From the NCBI GenBank assembly GCA_976551045.1, contig CDPCPM010000196.1, forward strand, positions 3,162,001 through 3,226,000: a DNA stretch of 64,000 nt. Direction: 5' to 3'. The position numbers and the translations under genes are program-made. The stretch comes from Glaucostegus cemiculus. Its lineage: Eukaryota. Below are positions 36,677-49,839 of this stretch, one piece after another (within the stretch, counting starts at the first letter, position 1; each line of letters starts with the position of its first letter). The notes beneath the pieces were generated by a model. It saw nothing but the letters and a program-made list of their open reading frames with translations. It was not told the origin of the DNA and searched no databases.

Positions 36677-37616
36677 CTTGATTGCTGATATTAATCAAGA
36701 TCAGTCAATACAGCTGAATATTAATCCGAACGCGTTTTGATCTGATAGTAATATCTGACTGTCTTTAATCAGTAACGTAACTGGCAGGCAATATAGTGCC
36801 TTAAAATGTGTGCATTGGATTGAGACATCAAGCCAACGATATTTGAATTTGCCTTGGGGGTGAAATATATATCCACTTTGTAGAAAGAAGAAAGAAAATG
36901 CCTACTTCACCTCCTTGGAATACAAATTCCCTTAAAAATGGCAGAAAGTATTTATGTCCCGAAGGTTCAATGTGAAAATGAATTATTTTATTCGCTTTCA
37001 GTCAACATACAAGTTTCTGTAACAATTCATGACATAAATGAAAAATCAATGTGTGGTGCCCTGCAGATTTTGCTCATCGTCCAAGATCACAAAGAATTTC
37101 AACTCGTATTAGAAAAAAAAACATGGAAAATCATTTCGATGGATGTTCTCCGTTTCACCGTGGATCTCTGATGCAAGGAAATTGGTATTGCAGGCGAATA
37201 TCCCACAACAAATGGAAGTTGAAATCTCCTTCTGACTGATAATTTACCGAAAAGTAGCACATGTATCAACAACAGGATGGAATGTGTCGCTTTTCTTTAT
37301 GCTTACTACTGTTGGCCATATCAAACTCACTGAAAATTGAACGGTATTAAGTGGTCACTAACACTTACTGACTGCTTGATGAATGACGATTTATTATTGC
37401 CAATAATTCCTAATATTAATCGTTTTGTTCAAAGCAGTATTTAAATAGGTGACGATGAATGGATACATGCAACGCAGATCACGGCAAATAGTTCAAGCGA
37501 ATATGGTAATAAACAGAACTATTGAATCTCTCCAGCAGTTGCCTTTCTGGAGCTTTAATTTCTAACTTTGACAGTTACATGGAAGAAAGGTAACACCTAT
37601 TTCTTTTCGATTATAG

Positions 37617-38750
37617 AATATAGAATATAGATAGAACATAGATGCCTACAGCACAATTCAGGCCCTTCGTCCCACAAAGCTGTACCTGACATCTCCCCAC
37701 ACTATTAGGCATACCCATAGCTTTCTATCTTATTTACCTCCATGTACCCATCCAACATTCTCTTGAAAGACCCGAACGGATTCGCCTCCACCACCATCTC
37801 TGGCAGCCCATTCCACGCACTCACCACTCTATGAGTAAACACTTACCCCTAACATCTCCCCTATATCTTCCCCCCAGCACCTTAAACTTATGTCCTCCTG
37901 TGGCCACTATTTCAGACCTGGGGGAAAGCCTCTGACTATCTACCCTATCAATACCCCTCATCATCTTCTACACCTCAATCAGGACCCCCTCATCCTCTTC
38001 CTCTCCAAGGAGAAAAGGCCGAGTTCCCGCAAACTGCTCTCATAAGGCATGCTCCTCATTCCAGGCAGCATCCTCGTAAACCTCCTCTGCACCCGTTATA
38101 CAGCATCCACATCCTTCCTGTAGTGAGGCGACCGGAACGGAACACAATACTCCAGGTGAGGTCTGACCAGGACCTATACAACTGAAGCAACACCTCCCGA
38201 CTCCTAAATTCAATCCCTCGACCGATGAAGGACAATACACCATACGCCTTCCTAACCATAGAGTCAACCTGCGCAGCCGCCTTGAATGTCCTATGGACTC
38301 GGACCCCAAGATCCCTTTGATCCTTCACACTACCAAGAGTCTTACCATTAATTCTATATTCCTCCGACCTATTCGACCTACCAAACGGAACCACTTCACA
38401 TTTATCTGGGTTGAACTGCATCGGCCATTTCTTAGCCCAACTCTGCATCCTATCTAATTCCCTCTGTAGCCTCTGACAGCCCTACAAACTATCCACATCT
38501 CCCCCAACCTTCGAGTCGTTAGCAAACTTACTAACCCACCCCTCCACTTCCTCATCCAGGTCATTTATAAAGATGACAAACAGCAAGCGTCCCAGCACAG
38601 ATCCCTGTGGTACACCGGAGGTCACCGACCTCCACTCAGAATATGATCCTTCCACAACCACTCTTTGCCTTCTGTGGGCCAGCCAATTCTGAATCCACAC
38701 GGCAATGTCCCCCTGGATCCCGTGTCTCCTCACATTCTCCATAAGCCTGG
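37617..38750 (-). mobile_element. 5'-truncated CR1-like LINE in the intron of E
   Basis: ORFs 38482-38787 ([41 protein letters not shown]) and 38056-38448 (WPMQFNPDKCEV..RDLGVRVH), plus a (tagaa)n tail at the left end. Confidence 0.93.
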
Positions 38751-40436
38751 TATGTTTCGCACATTTTATTCCGCACATTTTAATCACCGAGACAGATATT
38801 AATATTGAAGCTCCATTTACTGACGACGGTAGGTGAGTGGCTTAGGCGGAGGACATTAATTGCCTGAGATTCAGCTGTAATTTGAGCTATTTCGTGGCAT
38901 GTCCTGTGAGAAATTTCTACGAACACCAGGAAATTACGAATCACGAGTATTACGACACCGAAAGAAACCGCTATTTACTTTTCTATGATGTTGCATATCA
39001 CTCAGGTTTAGCGATGGCTCGGCAACAAATCTTCCTGAGCAGATGGAGCAGCTGATTTTCTGTCCAACCCATGAACATCACAACAGCCAGACCTCGAGGC
39101 ATTTTAAAAAAGCTACTCCGTATTCTTAAAGATACACATGTGTTCACACTCTATGAAGATTATCAGACAGAACGGAAAACTCGTTTGACAGTACATGTTG
39201 TCAAATGCCACTGAAATTTTCTAGGGGCAGAAAAGCAGACTTCTAACGCCTGTCTATTTTTTCCCTTCAATTCGCTTCTCTTTACCACATGTTTGATGAA
39301 TTCACGTTTCCAGGACATTGTGAACGGCAGGGCCTCAGGATTGAAATGCGATCACTGCAGATAGTACAGAGAATGGGATGTACGCACGAGTTTCGGGTCT
39401 CTTCCTTTAGGTCCACCCACCGACTCATTGAAATTTGGGGACTTTTGGCCCACTTCGTGCTTCCCCGTTGATTCGTTACTCTGAACTCAACGGTGAACAT
39501 CCTGTTGTTGACTTATTGTAAAATTTCAAAACTTCAGCGCTTGTGCGTTGCAAGTAGTATTGAAGCACGAGCTGAAGGTCTGAGGCCTGAAGTTACTTCT
39601 CTGATAACAAGAACAATGATGTTCAGAAGAAAAAAACAGACCAATGTTTACACCTGCCTTTCAATTTTATCCCGCGACGACAAACGTCGAAATGAGAGCA
39701 GATTGATTTCTATGGGATTGTAGACTCTGAATGGGAAAGTAAATTCAATCAGGGATTTCATATTTTACTTTTCATTTAATTTAACTATTTGTCAGTCACT
39801 TGATTTATTTGAAGGAAATTGATTTGACTCATGATGAAAATAATTCACCCACTTATCAAGGTGTATTCGAGTAATTTGTTTGCTTTCCTTTGGACATTAG
39901 AGATATTGATAATGTGTTCCAATTAGAAAGCTATTAAAGTATCAACGGTGTTCGGACTTTCCCCAAGTCTGAGCCTAAGAATATCCCGCCTGAGAGTGAA
40001 TCGCCACTTGGACTTAAACTGGCACACATTATCTGTACCGGACGTGGAAAGTCAGTTCACTTGGCTCACTGTTTTGGAATTAGCACTGTGGGAGTGGAGT
40101 CGCTGAGTTGTAATTCTGGAAAGCAAATTAACTTCAGAAAGCAAATATTATCACCACTGAGGTAGTGCCGTTTGAGATGGAAAAAAAAGTAGTGATAATT
40201 CCACGGGATTTTGCTCAATCGTCGACGGCACTGCCTTTTGGAAAGGGTTCATCATGCAAAAATACATGGAATAAGTGAGGGATGTTTTCGAAATCATTTT
40301 TTTCAAATCCTTAATTTCATTGCAAAGACTTGAAGGTGAAAAATAATGGTGCATGTGCCACAAATTGCAACCATATGCTTTGTATTTCTCGCATTATTTT
40401 CACATTTTTCATGCATAATATGTTGTTTGTTTGCAG

Positions 40437-41356
40437 CTAATTTGGTGGCAATCAACATCCTGTCCTCTGGAAAGTGTGGTCTCTCCAGATGCATTATCCA
40501 ATATCTTATATCGATGGCAGCAGCAGACCTAATGGTGTTGGTTTTCAATATAATGCTGTACGAGATGAAAGAGGCATACTTTCCGCATTCATTCCTCAAT
40601 TACACACCTATTTGCAGTCTTCTTATTACACTAATTTATATTTCCCTCGACTGCTCTGTCTGGCTAACTGTCACTTTTACATTTGATAGATTTGTTGCTA
40701 TCTGTTGCCAGTCATTACGGACAAAATATTGTACTACTAAAGTTGCGTTGAATGTTATAGCACTGGTGTTTTTGTTAAGCATATTAGAAAATATTCCAAT
40801 ATATTTCATATTTGAACCTCGGGAAATCATTAACAATATGCCATGGTCCTGTTATGTAAAGTCAAGCTTTTACACTTTACCAACTTGGGTTGTGTTTTTG
40901 TGGTTTGAAACGATTTTAACGCCATTTACACCATTTGCTCTGATCTTGATGCTCAATTCCTTGACCATTAAGCATATTATACTGGCCAACCGAGTCAGAA
41001 GCAAGTTCCTAGGAAATAAAAGTGAGAATTGTCAGACTGATCAAGAGATTGACAATAGAAGGAAATCCATCATTTTATTGGTTGCGATATCTGGTAATTT
41101 TATTCTCTTGTGGATGATTAACCTTGCGTGCTTCATCTGTGTACAACTTACAGATACTCAGTTTCTGAAAACCGATTACAATGACCCTTTTACCATTGCA
41201 GAAAAAAGTGGTTATATGCTGAGGTGTTTGAGCACTTGTACAAACACCTTCATTTATGCGGTATCTCAGAGACACTTCAGAGCAGAATTGCAGGGTATGT
41301 TTCAACGTCCTCTGTTTCTAATTTCTCATTTCTGCAAACGTTGTTTAAATATTTAG
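40437..41356 (+). CDS. Locus E exon 2, intact GPR139-like class A GPCR (joined with exon 1 gives 329 aa)
   Basis: Acceptor gtttgcag|. ORF ANLVAINILSSGKCGLSRCII..MAAADL..YTPIC..FTFDRFVAICC..ENIP..PWSC..WFETILTPFTPF..DNRRKSI..STCTNTFIY..FRAEL. Confidence 0.92.
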
Positions 41357-41404
41357 CTGAAAAAAAACCTGCATTCAGTCAAAGGAAAAGTACACGATTC
41401 TTTT

Positions 41405-41535
41405 ACATAGAACATAGAGCATAGATACCTACAGCACAATTCAGGCCCTTCGGCCCACAAAGCTGTGCTGAACATCTTCCCACACTATTACCCATAGCCT
41501 TCTATCTTATTTACCTCAATGTACCAATCCAAGAG
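41405..41535 (-). mobile_element. Short CR1 3'-end fragment just downstream of E
   Basis: catagaacatagagcatagatacctacagcacaattcaggcccttcg... is nearly identical to 37635-37750. Confidence 0.8.
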
Positions 41536-42224
41536 CTTTGAGAGACATGCATAAATATATGTGAAATATAAAATCCTTTGATCTTCGTTTCCAAAATTTG
41601 TTACTTCTTTTATTTTGGATAATTTGAAAAAAAAAACAATATAATGCGATATAATTTTAGGAGCTGTGAAAAAGTCAGTGAAACAAAATCATTAGCTTCA
41701 TTTCACAACAACGTTGTCAGAAAATGTTGCATGAACCTAAGAGTTTCGGACGCATGTGTACAAACAACTCGGTTTCAGTGCGATCTTCGTTCGCTGGAGA
41801 TCAGAATAAAATTCTCAACATGTTATGGTTTGCAGAGTAGATGGGGGTAAGGCACTAATTTTGATAAAAGGTAGTTCTTTGATCTGACAGGCACTAGGAG
41901 TGAGCACAAATATAAATTATTTTGTTGTCAACTCTCAGTGAGGGTGTAGACTTGTAAATCGCTCTTGATCTCTCTGGAGACAATAGAAACAGAAGGGGCG
42001 GAACAATGCAAATCAGATCGAAATGCAGTGGCAGAAAAAACGGATTGAACATTGCTGAAACACTTAGCAGCTAACGCTGCCTGAATGTTGAGCGAAAGCA
42101 GTTATTGGTGTCGTCTGAAGACTTATCACCGAGCTTGTCTGTTTTGATGCAAGAAGGAAAACCAATTCGTCGGAAATCGCGAATTCAATGTCACTAGGAA
42201 TCTAAACGACCAAACAAGACCATA

Positions 42225-44790
42225 AAAGCAGAAGACGTAGGAACAGAACTGGGCCATGACGCCCATCGAATCAGCACCGCCATTCGATCATGGCTTTTTA
42301 TTTTCCCCCCTCAACACCAGTCTCCTTCCCGCAAACTTTGACACACTTACTAATCAATAACATATCAACCTCCCTCTAAATATACCCAATGACTTAGCAT
42401 CCACAGGTGTCTGTGAATTAAATGAATTCCACCGATTGACCACACGGTGGCTCAATAGATTCCTCCTTATTTCGGCTCTATAGGGACGTACTTCTCTTTT
42501 GAGCCTCTGCCTGAGGTCCTGGAATCCCAATCTGAAAGAATCATCGTCTCCACATCGGGTTTCACCAGGCCGTCCATTATTTGTTGGTTTTCAATAAGAT
42601 TCCCCGTCGCCCTTTTAACTCTAGCACGTCTAGGTCCAACAAAAGCCCCTCGTATGTTAACGATTTCTTCCCCGGGATCATTTTCCTAAACCTTCGCTGG
42701 AATCTCTCCTAGGCCAGCACATCCTTCGTTAGTTATGGAGTTCAAAACTGCTCATGACAATCTAAATGTCGTCCTGCCAATGCATTATAAAGCCAAGTAA
42801 TTCAATCGGAGAGGAGTAGAACGTAAAGCATATCTTTGTTTATGTATTCTCCTCTTTCCCAGTTGAATTCTAACACTGCATTTGCCTTCCTTACCATTCA
42901 CTCAGAATCAGAATCAGAATCAGAATCAGTTTTATTGTCACAACCATATACATACATGGTACGCATAGGAGCGAGATACCGTCCTCCACAGGAACACGTC
43001 TCATAGAAAAGAATAACATAACAACCAACAGAGAGACACATACACACTTGGCAGAATACACAGTACAAAACATTACTCATTAGTTCTTACATAAATAGAT
43101 CTTAAAGTGAACGGGCTGGTGTCAGGCATTTAAAGTGCTGGTGCATTTCTGTGCACCTAGCATCTCCTAGTGTTAACAAAGGAAGATGGAGGGATGAGAG
43201 AGTTTGCAGTTCTTATGGCTTGCGGAAAGAAGCTATTGTTCAGCCTGGACGTTCTTGCCCTGATACATTTAAGCCTCCTCCCTGATGGCAAAATTGTGAA
43301 GAGGTGGTGGGAGGGGTGAGAGGGGTCGGCCATTATGCTTTTTGTCTTCCTCACACAACGGTCTTTGTATATGTCTGCGAGGGATGGAAGCGAGACACCT
43401 ATGATCCACTCCGCAGCCTTAACTATCTTCTGGAGGGACTTCCGCCCAGCAGCTGAGCAGCTTCCAAACCAAACAGAGATACATTGAGTTAGGATGCTCT
43501 CAATGGTCCCCCTGTAGAAGGATTTCATGACTGAGGGGTGTGGGTACGCTTTCCTCAGTCTCCGCAGGAAGTAGAGGCGTTTCTGAGCCTTCTTCGTGAG
43601 GGCCGTAATGTTAGTGGACCAGGTCAGGTCGTCGGTGATGTGCACCCCCAGGAACTTGGTGCTGCGTACTTGTTCCACAGCAGACCCGTTGATGGTCAGC
43701 GGGGCGTGCACACGATGACACTCAACCTGCAAGTTAACATTTGAGGAATCATGCACTATGACTCGCAGGTCCCTTTGCACCTCCAATTTCTGAATTCGCA
43801 CCCCGTTTAGAAAACAGCCTTTGCCTTTACCCATTCTGTCAAATTTCGTTATCATATACTTCATTGCATTGCCTTTCGTCCGCCACCTCTTTGCCCATTC
43901 TCTCAAACTGTCCAAATCCATCTACAGATTCCCTGCTTTCCCCGCACTACCCACACATCCTCCTATCTTTGCATCATACGGAAACTTCATCACAAAACCA
44001 TCAATTCCATGATCCAGATCATCATCATACAACGTGAACAGTAGCCGACTCAACATGAACCTCTGAGGAAGATTATTAGTCACCTGCAGCCAAACAGAAA
44101 AGGCTCCTTTTATTCCCACTGTTTGCTTTCTTCCAGTCAGCCAATCTTCCATCCATGCCAATATTTTCCTGTAATACCATGGACCCTTATCTTGTTTAGC
44201 AGCCTCATGTGTGGCACATTGTCAAAAACCTTCTCAAACTCCAAGTGTTCAACCTTCTCTGACGCTCCTTTATCTCTTATGCTTGTTACTTCCTCTAAGA
44301 ATTCCACCAGATTTATTAGGTAATATCTCTCCTGAAGGAACTCATGCTGACTTCGACCTATGTTATTATGTGATTCCAAGTGCCCCGAAACTTCATCCTT
44401 AACGATAGACTCTAATATCTTCCGAACCACTGAAATAAAACTAATCGACCTACGACTTCCTGCCTTTTGCCTCCCTCTCTTCTTAAAGATTGGAGTGACA
44501 TTTGCGACTTTCCAGTCCTCTGTAACTAACTGAGTCTAGTGATTCTTGAAAGAGCACTGCTGATGCCTCCATAATCTCTTAAGTTTCGAATTTCAGAGAC
44601 CTGCTGTGCAGTCCATCCGTTCCAGGTGACTTATCTAACTTCAGACCTTACAGCTTTTCAAGCATGTTCTCCTTCGTAATAGAGACTACACTCACTTCTG
44701 TCCACGGACTCCACAGAATTTATGACCTGTTCTGGTGTCTTCCGCAGTGAAGACTGACGCAAAATACCAATTTAGTTCATCCTACATTCA
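42225..44790 (-). mobile_element. CR1-like LINE ORF2 remnant, interrupted by a nested Rex1/Babar element
   Basis: ORFs 44137-44430 (KILESIVKDEV..FEKVFDNVPHMRLLNKIRVHGI) and 43922-44161 (WMEDWLTGRKQTVGIKG..DDLD) are CR1 RT. The 3' part continues at 42225-42900. Confidence 0.88.
42905..43718 (-). mobile_element. Young 5'-truncated Rex1/Babar-type LINE with (TCTGAT)n tail and CACTCA target-site duplication
   Basis: Open frame HAPLTINGSAVEQVRSTKFLGVHITDDLTWS..KKAQKRLYFLRRLRK..FYRGTIESIL..DPSHPSH..PSGRR..RLNNSFFPQAIR. The tcagaa repeats are at 42902-42929 and cactca occurs at 42899-42904 and 43719-43724. Confidence 0.92.
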
Positions 44791-44813
44791 GAGAACTAAA
44801 TTGTAGGATGTCA

Positions 44814-45110
44814 TGGGCTGGCCTGGTAATGTAGCGGTTAATGTAACGCTTTACAGCGCCAACGACCCTGGTTGAATTCCAGCTGCTGTCTGTAAGGAGT
44901 TTTTACGTTCTCCCTGTGTCTGCGTGGGTTTCTTCCGGGTGCTCCTGTTTCCTTCCACATTCCAAAGACGTACGAGTTGGAAAGCTGTGGGCATGCTATG
45001 CTAGCGCTTGTAACGTGGCGACTCTTGCGAGCTGCCACCAGAACACTCCACGCAAAATATTCATTTCACTGTCTGTTTAGATGTACATATAACTAATAAA
45101 GATATCTTAT
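44814..45110 (+). mobile_element. tRNA-derived V-SINE (HE1-like)
   Basis: A-box-like tggtaatgtagcgg, B-box ggttgaattcc, V-domain gtgggtttcttccgggtgctcctgtttccttccacattccaaagacgt, and aataaag near the 3' end. Confidence 0.85.
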
Positions 45111-46290
45111 TTTACCCAATCCCTTCCCCACAACATCATGCATCATTATCTTTTGAATAAGTCTTCTGTGTGGCACCATATCGAAAGCATTCTGGAAAAC
45201 CATATATAGAACATCAACAGTTGCCCTCTCTCCACTGCGCTCATTACATCCACAAAGAGCTCCAGTAATTTCGTCAAACATGATCTGCCCTCCTTGGACC
45301 CATGCTGTGTCTGGTTGATGGAACCATTTCTATCCAGACGTTTCGCAATTTCTTCCTTAATGACAGCTTCAACATTTTCCCGAAGGCAACGTTGTTAACT
45401 GGACTATCGTTACGTGTCTTTTGCCTACATCCCTTTTAAACAATGGAGTGACATTCGCTGTCTTCCAATCCTCCGAGACCTGTGCAAAATCCAGTAAATT
45501 TGGCAAATTGTCACAAAAGATTCCAGTGTAACTTCTGCCGTTTCGTTCTGTACCCTGGGATGCATCCTATCAGGACTAAGGAACTTGCTTACCTTTATGC
45601 CCATCAGTTTGCTCATTCATGCCTATTCAGTGACAGCGATTATATCGAGGTCCTCCTCTCCTACCGCACCATCACATCTCTCCTTAGCATGTTAGCTGTG
45701 TCCTTCACTGTGAAGACCGAAAACAAAATCAATATTCAAGGTCTCGGCTATTTCCATATTACCCAACATTTTTCCCTATTCTCATTCCTCAAGGGATCTA
45801 CGTTCACTTTAGCCACCCCTCCGCTTTATATAATTATAAAAATAAATACTGTCTATATTTTCATATATTTTGTGCTGGTTTGCTTTAGTCACCTATCTTC
45901 CCTTTCATTATTGCTTGCTCTGTGGTTCTTTGCTGCTTTTTAAACTTGTACCAATTTTCCCGTTTCCCAGCACTCCTGACGACTTTGTTTGCATTAGCTT
46001 TTAGATTAATACCGTCTTTTATTTCTATTGTTATCTGAGGCTGGGTCTCCCCTCCCTTACTGTCCTCGCTTTTAACTGGAATATACTTTTGTTGAACACC
46101 ATGAAAAATACCTCTCAAAGTCTTCCACTGGTCTTCAACTGTCCTACCATTTCACCTGTGTTTCCAGTCGACGCTCGCCCAATCCTCCCTCATCCTGCTC
46201 TCGTCTCGCTTGTTTAGGCATAATGCACTGGTTGGAGATCGAACTATTACACCCTCCATTTGCATCTAGAAATTCTAAAATCTTCGTTGT
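45111..46290 (-). mobile_element. Second CR1-like LINE fragment (endonuclease-RT linker and RT start)
   Basis: 'VDVLYMVFQNAFDMVPHRRLIQKI' (45093-45281), 'SPDRMHPRV' (45425-45616) and 'IFHGVQQKYIPVK' (45885-46118). Confidence 0.8.
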
Positions 46291-46559
46291 CAAGTATTCA
46301 ATGAGCAATCAAACAATGCCTCGTGATTTCTACAACTCTGCTCTGAGAAGAGCATCTTCTCTGTATGGAACGTCGTTCAAAATAGATCAAGAAGCTTGAA
46401 TGTTCTACCACCAGCCGTCTGTTACGATATAACATTCTTCGTTCAATAACATAGTACAGCGCAGAGAACATGGTAGACAGACAAGCTTGTGGGAGAAGAG
46501 CACAGTGAAATTGTAAAATTCGCTGTTTTTTAACATTGAATTGTAAGGTACACGAATAG

Positions 46560-46790
46560 ATTGTGCTACATTGTTCTTCCTCTGAGGGGTTGGCCTCTCG
46601 GTCGCAACAGAGAAGGCCAAGAACAGACCGATAGGTGTGCAGGAGGGAAGGACATTTGAAACAACTTGGAATCGGCGGGTCGAGATAGCCGTTGCGTGAG
46701 AGTGCAGGTGCAGTGAGAACGATCGCCAAGCCTCCCCTTCATTTCAAGAAAGCGACTTAGATTATATCTCAAGCATCGATTGTACTACAC
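46560..46790 (-). mobile_element. Penelope-like GIY-YIG endonuclease fragment
   Basis: 'MKGRLGDR...' and 'HTYRSVLGLLCCDREA...EEEQ' resemble the Penelope EN C-terminus. Confidence 0.55.
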
Positions 46791-47172
46791 CAGATTGGAA
46801 TGGCTACAGGAGATGTTGGTCATATTGAACTAATTTCGCTATGTATCTTGAACAGAATTCAAACTGCTACATATCTATTTAAATAATACAGATAGACTTC
46901 ATTTTGACATGGAATTGACGATCCCCATCGGAGTGCGACTCCAAAGGATGATGTCCCTTATAAACAACTCTAATTTTCTTTTTGGTTTGCTTTCTGCGGC
47001 GTTTCTATACAATTGAGAATTGGGTAGAAATGGAAAAGAAAAGAACGCATTTGTTTTCTCATGGAGTTGAAGGGCAAAGAAATATTAGTGCATGAACCAC
47101 AAATTGCACCAACGACCCGTCTAGTTTTTGGGTTATTTTCGCGTTTATTGCCATTTCTATACTGTGTTGCAG

Positions 47173-48080
47173 CTAATTTGATGGAACTCATCGTCTTCAC
47201 TTCTCTAAAGTGTGGTGTCTCTCGATGCATCACAGAATATCTAATATCAATAGCAGCAGAAGCCCTAATGGAGTTAGGTTTCAAGACAATTAAGGAGGCG
47301 TATTTTCCGCATTCATTCCTCAATTACATATCTACTTGCAGTCTTCGGTTTGTACTGATTTATATTTGGTTTCATTGCTCTATCTGGCTAACTGTCACTT
47401 TTACATTTGATCTATTTATTGCTGTATGCTGCCAGTCATTACGGACAACATATTGTACAAAAAAATTGCATCGAAGGTGATCGCATTGGTGTTTTTGTTA
47501 CGGTTTTAAGAAAATAGTCCAATCGACTTCATATTTGAACCTCAGTAAATAATTGACAAAGTGCCATGGTCCTGTTCTGCAAAGTCAAGCTTTTACACCT
47601 CATTAGGTCGGGTGGTATTTTTGGTTTGAAACCATTTTAACATTATTTGCGCCATTTGCGCTGATTCTGTTGCTTAATTCCTTGACCATAAAACATATTT
47701 TACGCCTAACACAGTCAGAAGGTAGCTCCGAGGAAAGAACAGTAAGAGGAACCAGATTGACCAAGAGACTGACAACATAAGGAAATAGATTATTTTACTG
47801 GATGCAACATCTGACAGTTTTATTCTCTTATGGATGGTAAATCTTCCGTACCTCATCTGCGTACAGTTTAGAGATCGTTAATTTATGGAAACCGGTTGTA
47901 ACGACGCCTTCAGCATTGCGGGAAAAGAATTGTGGCTATATACTGAGTAGTTTGAGCACTTGTACAAACACCGTCATTTGTGCGGTATCACAGAGAAACT
48001 TCAGAGAGGAAAAAAAGAATGTGTTTCAACGTTCTCTTTTTCGCATTTCTCACTTCTTCAAACCTTGTGTGAATGTTTAG
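47173..48080 (+). pseudogene. Locus F: full-length but decayed exon 2, closest to E; no exon 1 seen
   Basis: Acceptor gttgcag|ctaatttg. Lesions include a 12-nt deletion in TM2, DRF to DLF, a -1 frameshift at the A-run 47459-47465, and several stops (e.g. cctcagtaa ~47546, aggtag ~47725). The intron end and 3' flank align to E. Confidence 0.9.
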
Positions 48081-49839
48081 CACGAAAGGAACTATATCCA
48101 AAGTAAACGTAAATGTTTCAAATAGAGGCACATATAAAAATTTGCAAAATAAAACAACTTTTGACATAGTGTTCATTTCTCAACACAGTTGCGATTTTTT
48201 TTGTTTTAGTTACTTTGAAGTAATAAGCAACGTATTGCAATCTTTATCATATTTTGTCATAAATTCAGTTAAATATTTGCTGCATTTCAATGAAGTAAAG
48301 ATTACAACCATCGCAGAAAATGCTGGATAAGCATGAAGGTTTCGGATGCATTCATGAAGATAACTGCGCTTCAGGTCGATTACAAGATTCTTCTTTGCAG
48401 CGAGAAAAAAAATGCAGTTCAACTCAACATGCTGTGGTTTGAAGGGCAGGTAGAGTGTAGAAACAATAAATTAAATGCAATTATGTGGTCCGACAGACAC
48501 CAAGAGAGAGGAAAAATATAATTTACTTTGCTGTCAACTGACAGAGTTACACTCGGCTTGTTAATTGCACTTGATAGCTTTGCAGGAGATGGAAATCAAA
48601 ACGGCAGAACAATGTTATTCTCGCAAATCAAATGAAATACCGCTGCAGAAAAATCACAAAGAAAAATGAATTGTTGAAACACTCAGCAGGTCATTCAGCA
48701 ACCATGTTGAGAGAAAACAGTGTTAAGGATGTAATTGAGGCCTACCATGGGGATTCAATCAGTTTCGCTGCAATTTGGAAAACCTCAGTGTTGGAAATTG
48801 ACGAAAGGAATGGTCCGTGGCATTTAAACTGCCGGGAAACCAAATACAGAGAGTTCAGAGCTGCATTCGGAGTCGGATATACAAGTGAAAGTTCAAAGTC
48901 ACTCGTACGGATTGAACAATTGTGTTCTCTAAAAGATTAAAACAGTTCAGCTCCTCCACGTTTGCGTTTGTTCCCTCTGCGTCGGAGACTAACTTCTGAG
49001 CACTGAATGTAATGCAGTAAATTGGAAGTATAATTTAATGCATACAGAGGCCAGGCAATGTGTTAGGTCCGTTCAGGTGCTGCAAACGCAACTAAAAAAA
49101 CTGCAGGTGTAACGTCTCACGTGGTTGCCTGGAAACGGGCTGAAAATAAGGCGAGTATTTGCTAAGGATAGAAAATAGAAGTATAGAGCCTGAAAGGGGA
49201 GAGAATCAAAAGATGTAACCAATCGTGGGGTCACTTCCACTCGACGTGAGGCCGACATCTGCAGAAACGTAAGCAATAGAACCCATGTCAAGCCCTGGAT
49301 TTGAGGATACCTGGTTCATGTAAAACATAATGGAAAGTTAAAAGGCATATTTAAAAACCATTCAGCTTTTAAGGAATCGATGCACGGCGATGTAAATGGA
49401 ACTGATCAAGAAAGTCTTACTGTGGAATGCTTCATTGTTAGATCAGGAATGCCGAAGTTGATCAAAGTGGAAAAATGGAATGACGAACTTATTGGAAACT
49501 GGAATAATTTTAGTAAAAGTAGCAAATGGAATCTGGCGGCTTACAACCTATTATTTGAGATTCGGATAGCGAGGTCGAAGAAGGGCAAAGAAGAGTCCGA
49601 GGTTGGACGCATGAAAGCATTTCAGGTCCAAAGTAATACCAGAGCTGTAGAAACGTAAGATTCTGTCTGAGAAGAGGAAGTTACACGAACACAAGTCTTC
49701 AGTTTACCAGACACAGTTATGATAGAGGAGAGCCGAATCAGCATCATAGGGATGTGCAGCACAGAAAATGTTCGAATGCACCACCGTGGCCTTAGCGATG
49801 TTTTTGCCAAAATACTTATCCGACAATGTTAGAACAGTA

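Noticed and set aside
40346-40436. Hydrophobic N-terminus of the 336-aa ORF (MVHVPQIATICFVFLALF...) as a single-exon gene or signal peptide
   Set aside because: It starts at GTG and is the T-rich intron end before a canonical cag acceptor. The real TM1 start is in exon 1 at 36434-36503. The same applies to ORF starts at 6694 and 47061.
42902-42929. (TCAGAA)n short tandem array as a CRISPR or telomeric repeat
   Set aside because: It is the simple-repeat 3' tail of the Rex1/Babar LINE. There are no spacers and the context is eukaryotic.
44814-44900. tRNA gene
   Set aside because: The A/B boxes belong to a V-SINE head. No cloverleaf is evident, and a SINE body follows.
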